The notes beneath the pieces are model-generated. The model was not told the DNA's origin. It did no database searches and saw nothing but the letters and a program-made list of their open reading frames with translations. A program made the position numbers and the translations under genes. Below, piece after piece: positions 1 through 7,186 of a stretch of DNA of 31,732 bases; position 1 is the first letter of the stretch; every line of letters begins with the position of its first letter. Source of the stretch: a virus (Duplodnaviria; Caudoviricetes); IMG/VR virus record IMGVR_UViG_3300035561_000139, positions 1 through 31,732 of that record. One strand, given 5' to 3'.

Positions 1-51
1 AAGGCGGTTATGTTAGTGGAACTGGCAATCTTTATTGGGGTGCAATTCCGC
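1..51. repeat. Terminal direct repeat (circular assembly overlap), identical to 31682-31732
   Basis: AAGGCGGTTATG...GCAATTCCGC is identical at both ends, and the endolysin frame runs across the join. Confidence 0.97.
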
Positions 52-338
52 AACTGTTTCAAGATGTGTATATGCATACCGCAATTAATTGTGTAAGCAT
101 ACCTGCACCTTTGGATAAGATAGATGCATTGCTGGCACAGGGTATACCGGCGATTGTAGAAGTTGACTTTCATCCTGCAACTGCTCCAGTAGACCAGCAT
201 TGGGTATTGGTAATTGGAAAAGACGGGGATGATTACATTATCAATGACCCGTGGTATGGAGATACGGCAAGTTTCAAGGAAAGATACGGCTCGCCCAGTC
301 GTTATATATTTTGGATACGAGCCTACGCAAAACAATAG
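3..338 (+). CDS. C-terminal part (C39-like peptidase) of the endolysin starting at 30577
   Basis: In frame with the 30577 ORF through the overlap. Contains HWVLVIG and INDP, the His/Asp motifs of C39-like peptidases. Confidence 0.88.
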   Translation, partial: GGYVSGTGNLYWGAIPQLFQDVYMHTAINCVSIPAPLDKIDALLAQGIPAIVEVDFHPATAPVDQHWVLVIGKDGDDYIINDPWYGDTASFKERYGSPSRYIFWIRAYAKQ

Positions 339-351
339 TATTGGAGGTTAA

Positions 352-510
352 ATGGATAAGAAAGATGTAGTTTTGGTAATGACCGCAGGAAAGCCCATTA
401 TAGGGCAAGTCCAGAAGGTCGACCCGAAAGACGTTACTTCGGGTTGTGAAGCAGGTAAACCGACCTTGAGTCAAGTCAAGGCGGACGATAAAGATAGCAC
501 GGAGGATTAA
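352..510 (+). CDS. 52-aa peptide made of two copies of the 22-aa repeat of the 951-3611 protein (not in the ORF track)
   Basis: GGAGG RBS at 343-347, ATG 352, TAA 508-510 abutting the next ATG. MDKKDVVLVMTAGKPIIGQVQKVDPKDVTSGCEAGKPTLSQVKADDKDSTED. Confidence 0.85.
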   Translation: MDKKDVVLVMTAGKPIIGQVQKVDPKDVTSGCEAGKPTLSQVKADDKDSTED

Positions 511-879
511 ATGGCTGGAACTTTTTCTGATAACACACTGGATGCAGCGCTAAACTATATTAAGACCAATGGTAGTCGGCTCGATATTCTGAGCCAAGCA
601 GTAACTGCTTATAGTCAGATTGCAACTTATACGCTGGGCAATAAGGCAAGCCCGTCTTATACCGGTCCTGAGGACGATACCAGCGGACGCAAGATTACGG
701 TTGATGCAATCTCGGATGGCACGGTTACTGGGACTGGGACAGCGAGTCATTATGCGATTAGCGATGGCTTGGGCGAATTGATTGTGTGCCAGCAGTTGGG
801 TAATACGCAAGTAGTTACCAGCGGCAACCCATTCACCCTGACTGCATTCAAGCTCGCCATTGCCGACCCGACGGCGTAA
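511..879 (+). CDS. 122-aa beta-rich virion protein, probable fibre/filament subunit
   Basis: GGAGG RBS; Gly/Thr/Ala-rich, ending QVVTSGNPFTLTAFKLAIADP. Recalled resemblance to small phage fibre subunits, unverified. Confidence 0.6.
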   Translation: MAGTFSDNTLDAALNYIKTNGSRLDILSQAVTAYSQIATYTLGNKASPSYTGPEDDTSGRKITVDAISDGTVTGTGTASHYAISDGLGELIVCQQLGNTQVVTSGNPFTLTAFKLAIADPTA

Positions 880-890
880 CTGGGTCTATG

Positions 891-935
891 ATGCTGATAT
901 GAGAGCTGCTAAAACAGTGGCTCTTATGTCAGCAT
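891..935 (+). promoter_or_regulatory. 20-bp intergenic RNA hairpin (stabiliser or processing site)
   Basis: 891-910 pairs fully with 916-935 using four G-U pairs; loop AAAAC; no U-tract. Confidence 0.7.
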
Positions 936-950
936 AATTAAGGAGCCACT

Positions 951-3611
951 ATGCGACGTGAGGTCAGGCGAGGGCGACGGTTCGTTGAATACCAAGAGGA
1001 TGATGGTCGACTCACCCAAGAGATTTGCGCAGGTGATGTCAATTATCTCGATGATAATGGCACTTGGCAACCGATAAACTTAGACTGGGAAGACGATAGC
1101 GGTGGCTTCGCCTTCCGTGCCTCTCGCCCCAATCACAAGTTGCGTTTTGATAGCATCGGGGCGTGGCGTTGGTATCCCCGCAGAAATGTAGAAACTGAAT
1201 ATATCGTCATCGGGAGACCGCAATGCTGGTTGGAAGCCACCAAGCGTTGGGGTAATCTGCTGGCTAACGGGATAAGCAGAGATGGCAATGAGATAACGAT
1301 AACCTCTGTGCGCAACGTGACCCGCAAGCTACGTGTGCTTTGGAACGGGTTCAAGACCGATTATATTCTGGAGAATGCTAATGCACCTAAGCGGTATCGC
1401 TATCCTGTCGAGCTGGTTGGCGTTACAGAACAGGACGGATTGCTTTATGGTGCTGACGGTGAAATCGTTGGCATCCTGACACCTACAAGTGCCCAAGATG
1501 CGGACGGCAAGGATTTGGCTTGCACATCCTCTTATGCTAATGGCTATGTCGAGTTCGAAGTAGATCCTGATGGCGCTGCTTATCCTGTTAACATTGACCC
1601 AGATTTTGTGGGCGATACGGCGGATGGATATGTTATGGGCTTTAATAACACGAGTTATTCTGATGCTCGTAATACTTCAATAGCGTTAAATAATACAAAC
1701 ACATTGCTGTCTATTGGTCAATATTATACATATCAATATTTCGTAGGCCGGTCATATCTAAAATTTGACACATCTTCGCTTCCCGATAATGCCATAGTAA
1801 CAAGCACAAAATTAAAATTAACAGTTAACACGAACTATTCTGATACTGACTTTGATATCATCATTAAGAAACAGAATTGGAGTAGTCAAGACCCGTTATC
1901 AGATAGTAATCGAGAAGCTGCCTATGACAATTGTTTGACCGCTACCGATGATGATAACATCTGGAGAAATACCAACGGGATTAGTACCAATACTCCCTAT
2001 GAGAGTGGAGAACTTAATAAAAGTTGGATAAATAAAACAGGTAATACTTATTACAGTCTTTTATCATCGAGAGATAAAAGTGCAACCACTCCAACTGGAA
2101 ATGAATACATTTATATTTATTCTGCCGAATATAGCACGGCCTCTTACCGTCGCCCAACGTTGGTGGTTACGTATAAGACACCAGATGAACTTACTGGCAG
2201 GGATGTAATTGCTGGCAGCTCGATAGAGAAGCCGACGCTTGGGCAAAAACACACGCTTACTGGTGGAAACGTTAGCAGCATACCTTCGGCAGAGAAACCC
2301 GCCTTAGCACAAACGCACTTATTAACGGGCGGCAATGTCAGCGCAATTCCGTCAGCAGAGAAACCGACAATTGGTCAAATGCACACCCTTACTGGTAGCG
2401 ATATTATTGCCGTGCCTATTGCGGAGAAGCCCGACTTAGGTCAAGAGCATCCGCTTATTGGTAATGATGTTATCGCATCGAGTTCAATCGAAAAACCTAC
2501 AATCGGTCAGGAACACACCTTCACAGGCGAGGATGTAATTAGCATCCCGTTAGCTGATAAACCTAATTTGGCTCAAGAGCATAGGTTATCTGGTGGGGAT
2601 GTTAGTTCAGTCTCATTAGCAGAAAAACCTGACTTAGGTCAAACGCACATTCTTAATAGCGGTGATGTTATTGCCGTCCCAATTGCTGAAAAACCGATTT
2701 TAGGGCAGACACACCAATTACTGGGTGGGGATGTTATAGCCGTTCCGATTGCGGAAAAGCCGACAATAGTTTCTGGACAGATATATGATTTAGAAGGGCA
2801 AGATGTTATTAGCATCCCATCAGCTGGCACTCCCGATATTGGGCAGGAGCATCAGCTATCAGGCTCGGATGTTATTGCTATCCCAATTGCTGAAAAGCCT
2901 ATACTTGGTCAAACACATCAGCTTACTTCGCAAGATGTGGTTGCAATTCCAATAGCGGAAAAGCCATTACTTGCCATATTATATATATTTGATGGTCGAG
3001 ATGTTATAGCCATCCCAATTATAGAGAAGCCTACACTCGGACAATCACATTCATTAACTGGTGGCAATGTCAGTTCAGTCCCAGAAGCGGATAAGCCTGA
3101 CTTAGGTCAAACTCATATCCTTACATCTCAAGATGTCGTCAGCATCCCAGAAGCGGATAAACCTGACTTAGGTCAAACTCATATTATTACCAGCGGCGAT
3201 GTCACTGCTATTCCGATTGCTGAAGAACCTGTACTCGGTCAGGAACACGAATTATCAGGCTCAGATGTCATTGCCATTCCTATCGCCGAAAAGCCGATGC
3301 TTGGGCAGGTTCATAATTTGCTCGGCAAGGATGTTGTAGCTCAATCCTTTGTGGAAAAGCCCAGCATTGGGCAGATACACAATCTCGTTGCACTGCCAGT
3401 TGTGGCAGGATCAAGCATTGAAATGGCATCGCTTGGGCAGCTGCACCAGTTAATTGCTCTGGATGTGGTTACAATCAGTTATGCGGGCATGCCTGATATA
3501 CACCTCATTTTCGCTATCCCATTGGTAAGGATTTACAAGGTGCCGTTCAAAGATACTGCCTATCTTGTGCCTCATGATGATACAATTTACAAAGTGCCAT
3601 TGGATAAATGA
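951..3611 (+). CDS. 886-aa fibre-like protein: N-terminal globular domains (incl. DNRLRE/CBM-like) plus ~20 x 22-aa repeats
   Basis: AAGGAG RBS. YPVNIDP motif, then GRSYLKFDTSSLP...RRPTLVVTY (DNRLRE-like), then HxLxGxDVxxxPxAEKPxLGQx repeats. Confidence 0.7.
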   Translation: MRREVRRGRRFVEYQEDDGRLTQEICAGDVNYLDDNGTWQPINLDWEDDSGGFAFRASRPNHKLRFDSIGAWRWYPRRNVETEYIVIGRPQCWLEATKRWGNLLANGISRDGNEITITSVRNVTRKLRVLWNGFKTDYILENANAPKRYRYPVELVGVTEQDGLLYGADGEIVGILTPTSAQDADGKDLACTSSYANGYVEFEVDPDGAAYPVNIDPDFVGDTADGYVMGFNNTSYSDARNTSIALNNTNTLLSIGQYYTYQYFVGRSYLKFDTSSLPDNAIVTSTKLKLTVNTNYSDTDFDIIIKKQNWSSQDPLSDSNREAAYDNCLTATDDDNIWRNTNGISTNTPYESGELNKSWINKTGNTYYSLLSSRDKSATTPTGNEYIYIYSAEYSTASYRRPTLVVTYKTPDELTGRDVIAGSSIEKPTLGQKHTLTGGNVSSIPSAEKPALAQTHLLTGGNVSAIPSAEKPTIGQMHTLTGSDIIAVPIAEKPDLGQEHPLIGNDVIASSSIEKPTIGQEHTFTGEDVISIPLADKPNLAQEHRLSGGDVSSVSLAEKPDLGQTHILNSGDVIAVPIAEKPILGQTHQLLGGDVIAVPIAEKPTIVSGQIYDLEGQDVISIPSAGTPDIGQEHQLSGSDVIAIPIAEKPILGQTHQLTSQDVVAIPIAEKPLLAILYIFDGRDVIAIPIIEKPTLGQSHSLTGGNVSSVPEADKPDLGQTHILTSQDVVSIPEADKPDLGQTHIITSGDVTAIPIAEEPVLGQEHELSGSDVIAIPIAEKPMLGQVHNLLGKDVVAQSFVEKPSIGQIHNLVALPVVAGSSIEMASLGQLHQLIALDVVTISYAGMPDIHLIFAIPLVRIYKVPFKDTAYLVPHDDTIYKVPLDK
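2184..3510 (+). repeat. ~20 degenerate 66-bp (22-aa) coding tandem repeats
   Basis: Counted from the translation, e.g. HTLTGGNVSSIPSAEKPALAQT and HILTSQDVVSIPEADKPDLGQT. Confidence 0.92.
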
Positions 3612-3622
3612 GAGGTGATATG

Positions 3623-3895
3623 ATGAACAAGTATGAGCAAGATGATGATGACAAACTATACCGAGCTTTCGATTGGCAGGAATGGTTAGCTACTGACGAA
3701 ACAATCCTAACCTATGATGTAACTTGCGATGATGATGATTTGGTAATCACAGAAGTCAGCCTCGATGATGCGCTGGTGAAATACAAGGTGGAAGGCGGGA
3801 TTGCGGGCAGGCGGTATACGATAAGCTGCATGATCACCACCAGCGGGGGACAGACGATACAAAGGTCAATATTTTTACAAATCGGGAAACTATAA
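3623..3895 (+). CDS. Small Ig-like virion protein, probable fibre-attachment adaptor
   Basis: GAGGTG RBS. YRAFDWQEWL...GGIAGRRYTISCMITTSGG pattern recalled from fibre-tail adaptor proteins. Start is 3620 or 3623. Confidence 0.6.
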   Translation: MNKYEQDDDDKLYRAFDWQEWLATDETILTYDVTCDDDDLVITEVSLDDALVKYKVEGGIAGRRYTISCMITTSGGQTIQRSIFLQIGKL

Positions 3896-3900
3896 ATATG

Positions 3901-3923
3901 AGAGGCGTCTATACGCCTCTTTT
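3901..3923 (+). terminator. Intrinsic terminator
   Basis: AGAGGCGT-ctat-ACGCCTCT followed by a T run. Confidence 0.7.
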
Positions 3924-3934
3924 CTTAGGAGATT

Positions 3935-5248
3935 ATGGATGCACTTGACAGAGACCTCTTTTCTCTCGGAACAGAAAATCCCATTGACAAAGTTGGACGG
4001 CTTTTAGGTGTTCAGGTTAGCAGTTACGCCAACGCCAAGAAGCTATTGCGTGGCGCAAGGCTATATGCTGAACGAAAGCAGAAACTGCAAGGCTCTGCGA
4101 ACACAGCCCCAGAGGAAGTTAGATATTCAGCCGATGGCACGCGCACCTATTCGCGGGACATTCTGCTATCAGAGGATGAAGCGAATGACCCAGCCAGCGT
4201 AATGCGTAAACTTGGTTTTGATCCACTCAAGTGGGAGTTGATCGATTTAAAGGTAAGAAAGGGAAATTGGGACACCACAGTTAAGGATGCCAACTCAGAA
4301 CCGAAGACAACCATAAATTATACATACTCAGTAACAATAAAAGTAAAACCGATTACTGGCTCAATGCTGACCATAGATGCGCTGATAAACGCATTGGAAG
4401 GCATTGAAATACCCAGCATAGCCAACTCCACGCCACGCCCCAGAGACGGGGAGTATATGCTCGAGCTTCCGATTATGGACGTGCATTTAGGCAAGCTAAG
4501 TTGGGGCGAGGAAGCAGGCGCAGACTATGACCTGAAAATCGCCTCGCAGCTTTATCGTCAGACCATTGACGATTTAATTAGCAAAGCTTCTACTTATCCG
4601 ATTACCCAGATTGTGTTCCCGATAGGTCAGGACTTCTATCACTTTGACACCCCGTTTACCCAGACCACCGGCGGGACACAACTTGACTCCGACACCCGTT
4701 GGCAAAAGATGTACAGAAAAGGATTTGAATTACTATTGGAAGCCATCGAAAAATGTCGCCAGATTGCACCGGTAAAAGTAATGTGGGTTCCGGGCAATCA
4801 CGATGAAATGCTTAGTTACACGGCGGTTGTCGGATTAAGCCACTTCTATGTAGATAAGATAGATGTGAATGTGGATATCAGCCCTACTCCACGCAAGTAT
4901 ATGAAATGGGGTAAAGTTTTGCTTGGCTACTCGCACGGGAGAGAGGAAGGCAAGCGAATAAACAGCCTGATGCAGGTCGAAGCTCCACATCTATGGGCAG
5001 GCTCTGAATTTAGAGAATGGCATATTGGCGACTTACACCACGAGGCGGTCAAAGAGGAAGGCGGGATAATCTATCGAATAGTGTCCACGATTACCGCCCC
5101 AGATGCTTGGCATACCCAGAAGGGTTACATCGGTGCAACCCGCAAAGGACAGGCATTTGTATGGTCCAAAGGCACAGGGTTAGAAGCCGTATTTAATTCT
5201 ATGGTCAAGATACAGTCAAAATCGCCCCAGCCTGCAAAATTCGGCTGA
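3935..5248 (+). CDS. Calcineurin-like metallophosphoesterase with N-terminal extension
   Basis: Motifs DVHLG, GQDFYH, GNHD, SHG and GDLHH in the expected order. Confidence 0.85.
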   Translation: MDALDRDLFSLGTENPIDKVGRLLGVQVSSYANAKKLLRGARLYAERKQKLQGSANTAPEEVRYSADGTRTYSRDILLSEDEANDPASVMRKLGFDPLKWELIDLKVRKGNWDTTVKDANSEPKTTINYTYSVTIKVKPITGSMLTIDALINALEGIEIPSIANSTPRPRDGEYMLELPIMDVHLGKLSWGEEAGADYDLKIASQLYRQTIDDLISKASTYPITQIVFPIGQDFYHFDTPFTQTTGGTQLDSDTRWQKMYRKGFELLLEAIEKCRQIAPVKVMWVPGNHDEMLSYTAVVGLSHFYVDKIDVNVDISPTPRKYMKWGKVLLGYSHGREEGKRINSLMQVEAPHLWAGSEFREWHIGDLHHEAVKEEGGIIYRIVSTITAPDAWHTQKGYIGATRKGQAFVWSKGTGLEAVFNSMVKIQSKSPQPAKFG

Positions 5249-5445
5249 AATTCAAAAGTTATAACGAAATTGGTATAATTACACTCATTGTAAGGAAAGT
5301 GTCAGATTTTGATGGTTTTTTTGACACAGAATATCATTGGATTATATACGCAAGATTGCTAACTTACTGCAACGTCCACTTTACTGATAACAGATGAGAC
5401 ACAACAGATTTTGAGTATAATAGATGAGCCACAATAAGGAGCAGG

Positions 5446-5601
5446 ATGACAGCCTTTTGGACGTTTATTGCAATTTTAGGAATTACGACAATCTATCTGA
5501 CGGTAGATGGGATTGTTCACCCAGCCCCGCCAAAGACAGAAGAAGAATTGAAACGTGAGGAAGAGTGGGAGGAATACTTCCATCGCTGGAGTTGGGAATA
5601 A
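5446..5601 (+). CDS. 51-aa single-pass membrane peptide (not in the ORF track)
   Basis: AAGGAG RBS. MTAFWTFIAILGITTIYLTVDG hydrophobic N-terminus and an acidic Trp-rich tail. Confidence 0.7.
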   Translation: MTAFWTFIAILGITTIYLTVDGIVHPAPPKTEEELKREEEWEEYFHRWSWE

Positions 5602-5607
5602 GAATAT

Positions 5608-5673
5608 GCCGGCGCTATGGGGTTCGGTTGTCTCGTAGGCGACACAACGCAGGTTCGAGTCCTGCCGCCGGCT
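5608..5673 (+). tRNA. tRNA-Thr(CGT)-like, lacking a D-stem
   Basis: Acceptor GCCGGCG/CGCCGGC (7 bp); T-arm GCAGG-TTCGAGT-CCTGC; anticodon arm GTTGT-CTCGTAG-GCGAC; only 12 nt in the D region; no encoded CCA. Confidence 0.75.
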
Positions 5674-5836
5674 ATAACATTATTGTTATAAGATAAGCAG
5701 GATTATGATAATCGTGGCTTTGTTACAATCGTGCTGAAATTTGCAAAGCGATAAGCATCATTGTAAAAAAGTTGCAATGCTTTGTATACGATAATAGACA
5801 GGATTAGCATAATCAGGATTTACAAGTGAGGTAAAG

Positions 5837-6046
5837 ATGAAAAACAAAGTGGATAAGAAAACGGCAAATCATTTAGCTAAAGAATTGTTATATATTTATA
5901 AGGCTCAAGAGGAAGCCTATAACATTCGGAAAAGCAAGAAGTTGAAGGGTCAATATAAGCGGGACTTTGACACTTGCGAAACCGAACTGGGATTGGCTTC
6001 TAATCAACTTAATGATTTGCTTTATAAAATACAATTTGGAAAATGA
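5837..6046 (+). CDS. Hypothetical basic helical protein, 69 aa
   Basis: GAGGT RBS, ATG start, AT-rich. Confidence 0.65.
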   Translation: MKNKVDKKTANHLAKELLYIYKAQEEAYNIRKSKKLKGQYKRDFDTCETELGLASNQLNDLLYKIQFGK

Positions 6047-6198
6047 AAATAATCGCCGAAATTTTACAAAGCTGAAAGACCATTGTAAAAAATTTGCAAT
6101 TATTTGTGCATTATATCTGGGCAATGCACAAAATACAGCAAATCTTGTGTATAATAATTGTGTCACTGCTCTGCGAAAGCATCAGGCTCGAGGCGGGT

Positions 6199-6221
6199 AA
6201 CCGCCTCATTTGTGGTATAAT
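6199..6221 (+). promoter_or_regulatory. Extended -10 promoter, copy 1 of a 23-bp repeat
   Basis: AACCGCCTCATTTGTGGTATAAT; near-identical copy at 6376-6398. Confidence 0.7.
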
Positions 6222-6233
6222 CAATTCAACAGT

Positions 6234-6286
6234 ACCCGCAACGCCTCTGACCAGATTTGAATCAGGTTATGCGCACCGATGCGGGT
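6234..6286 (+). ncRNA. Repeated structured motif, copy A
   Basis: ACCCGCAACGCCTCTGAC-[hairpin]-ATGCGCACCGATGCGGGT; the ends pair; lies just after a promoter. Confidence 0.5.
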
Positions 6287-6375
6287 CATTATTTTAGGTT
6301 ATAATCTATGAAGCGGATTAAAGCTCTATGATAAAATTGGGTTACAGTACCTGCAGAGCCTCTGCCCGATTGGGC

Positions 6376-6398
6376 AACCGCCTCATTTGTGATATAAT
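6376..6398 (+). promoter_or_regulatory. Extended -10 promoter, copy 2
   Basis: AACCGCCTCATTTGTGATATAAT. Confidence 0.7.
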
Positions 6399-6404
6399 GT
6401 CAGT

Positions 6405-6475
6405 AATTCAAAGGTTTGAAGTTGGATGTCAGGCGACATCGGCAAACGGCTCGTAGTGGCGGGCCGTTTTGCTTT
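6405..6475 (+). ncRNA. Candidate ~70-nt three-hairpin small RNA
   Basis: Follows the promoter: TTCAAA/TTTGAA, GATGTC/GACATC, then terminator-like AAACGGCTCG...CGGGCCGTTTT; no ORF. Confidence 0.45.
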
Positions 6476-6494
6476 ATGTTATAACGTTTTTAGC

Positions 6495-6538
6495 ACCCGC
6501 AACGCCTCTGACTTATAAGCATGCGCACCGACGCGGGT
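6495..6538 (+). ncRNA. Repeated structured motif, copy B
   Basis: Same 18-nt arms as 6234-6286 (one mismatch in total) with a different, shorter apical part. Confidence 0.5.
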
Positions 6539-6577
6539 AAGAGCCAGTCTTGGCGCTGCAGAGCCAGCTGGCAAACC

Positions 6578-6619
6578 GACGGGGGTACAGGCTCCATGCC
6601 TGACCCCCGTCATTTTATT
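6578..6619 (+). terminator. Terminator-like hairpin
   Basis: GACGGGGGT-aCAGGC-tccat-GCCTG-ACCCCCGTC followed by ATTTTATT. Confidence 0.6.
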
Positions 6620-6758
6620 GATCCCAAGCGCCACTAATACTTTGGTATTAGTCGAATTTCACGCCATATAACACCAAAATAACACTTAAGTATTATATAC
6701 TTTCCCCCTTTAATCGTGTATTATAATAGTAGATAACCGATAAGGAAAAGGAGCAAAA

Positions 6759-6968
6759 ATGAAAAACAATCGAGTGGTTTTTGGAGTAGAAAATAAAAAT
6801 GGCAAGTTCTGGGTATGGAATATGACCTCATATAATAATGGGACTTGGAGTTCTCATAAGGTCAGCGAAAAATTCGATACTTATGAGGAAGCGGTAGCCG
6901 AAGCTAAGCGGCAAGCCCAATGCCCTGAGTTCAATAATTGGATGGTAAGCTTTTACAATATAAAATAA
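6759..6968 (+). CDS. Hypothetical early protein, 69 aa
   Basis: AAGGAG RBS; TATAAT at 6722-6727; FDTYEEAVAEAK motif common in small phage proteins. Confidence 0.8.
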   Translation: MKNNRVVFGVENKNGKFWVWNMTSYNNGTWSSHKVSEKFDTYEEAVAEAKRQAQCPEFNNWMVSFYNIK

Positions 6969-6987
6969 AGTAGCAGAAAGGAGGCTT

Positions 6988-7176
6988 ATGCGAAAAGACA
7001 TCTTATCAGTAACGATGAACCCGAAGCTCATAAAAGAATTGACGGCGATGGCAAAGCGGGTAGGTGTGTCAAGGTCACGGCTGCTAAGTGCCATAACCCA
7101 AAAGAGCTTGGAAAATCTAAAGTCAAATCCAAGTGAAGTTGATCGTATCAGAACAGAAATTAATCAGAAAAACTAA
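6988..7176 (+). CDS. Ribbon-helix-helix (CopG/Arc-like) regulator
   Basis: GGAGG RBS; LSVTM...L..MAKRVGVSRSRLL pattern. Confidence 0.75.
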   Translation: MRKDILSVTMNPKLIKELTAMAKRVGVSRSRLLSAITQKSLENLKSNPSEVDRIRTEINQKN

Positions 7177-7186
7177 AGGAGTAAAA

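Noticed and set aside
1-51. Biological terminal repeat
   Set aside because: Falls mid-gene and has k-mer-like length; more likely an assembler overlap.
2184-3510. Repeats as a DGR template/variable pair or CRISPR array
   Set aside because: Degenerate in-frame coding repeats without unique spacers or adenine-specific differences; no reverse transcriptase or cas gene present.
5608-5673. tRNA fragment as attP
   Set aside because: No integrase, and both 5' and 3' acceptor strands are present, unlike a 3' att fragment.
5967-6297. ORFs 5967-6200 and 6094-6297
   Set aside because: No RBS; they overlap a better gene and the promoter/structured repeats.
6199-6586. Mini CRISPR array or self-cleaving ribozymes
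   Set aside because: Repeats are irregularly spaced and of several types; no complete hammerhead (CUGANGA/GAAA) or HDV core could be built by eye.
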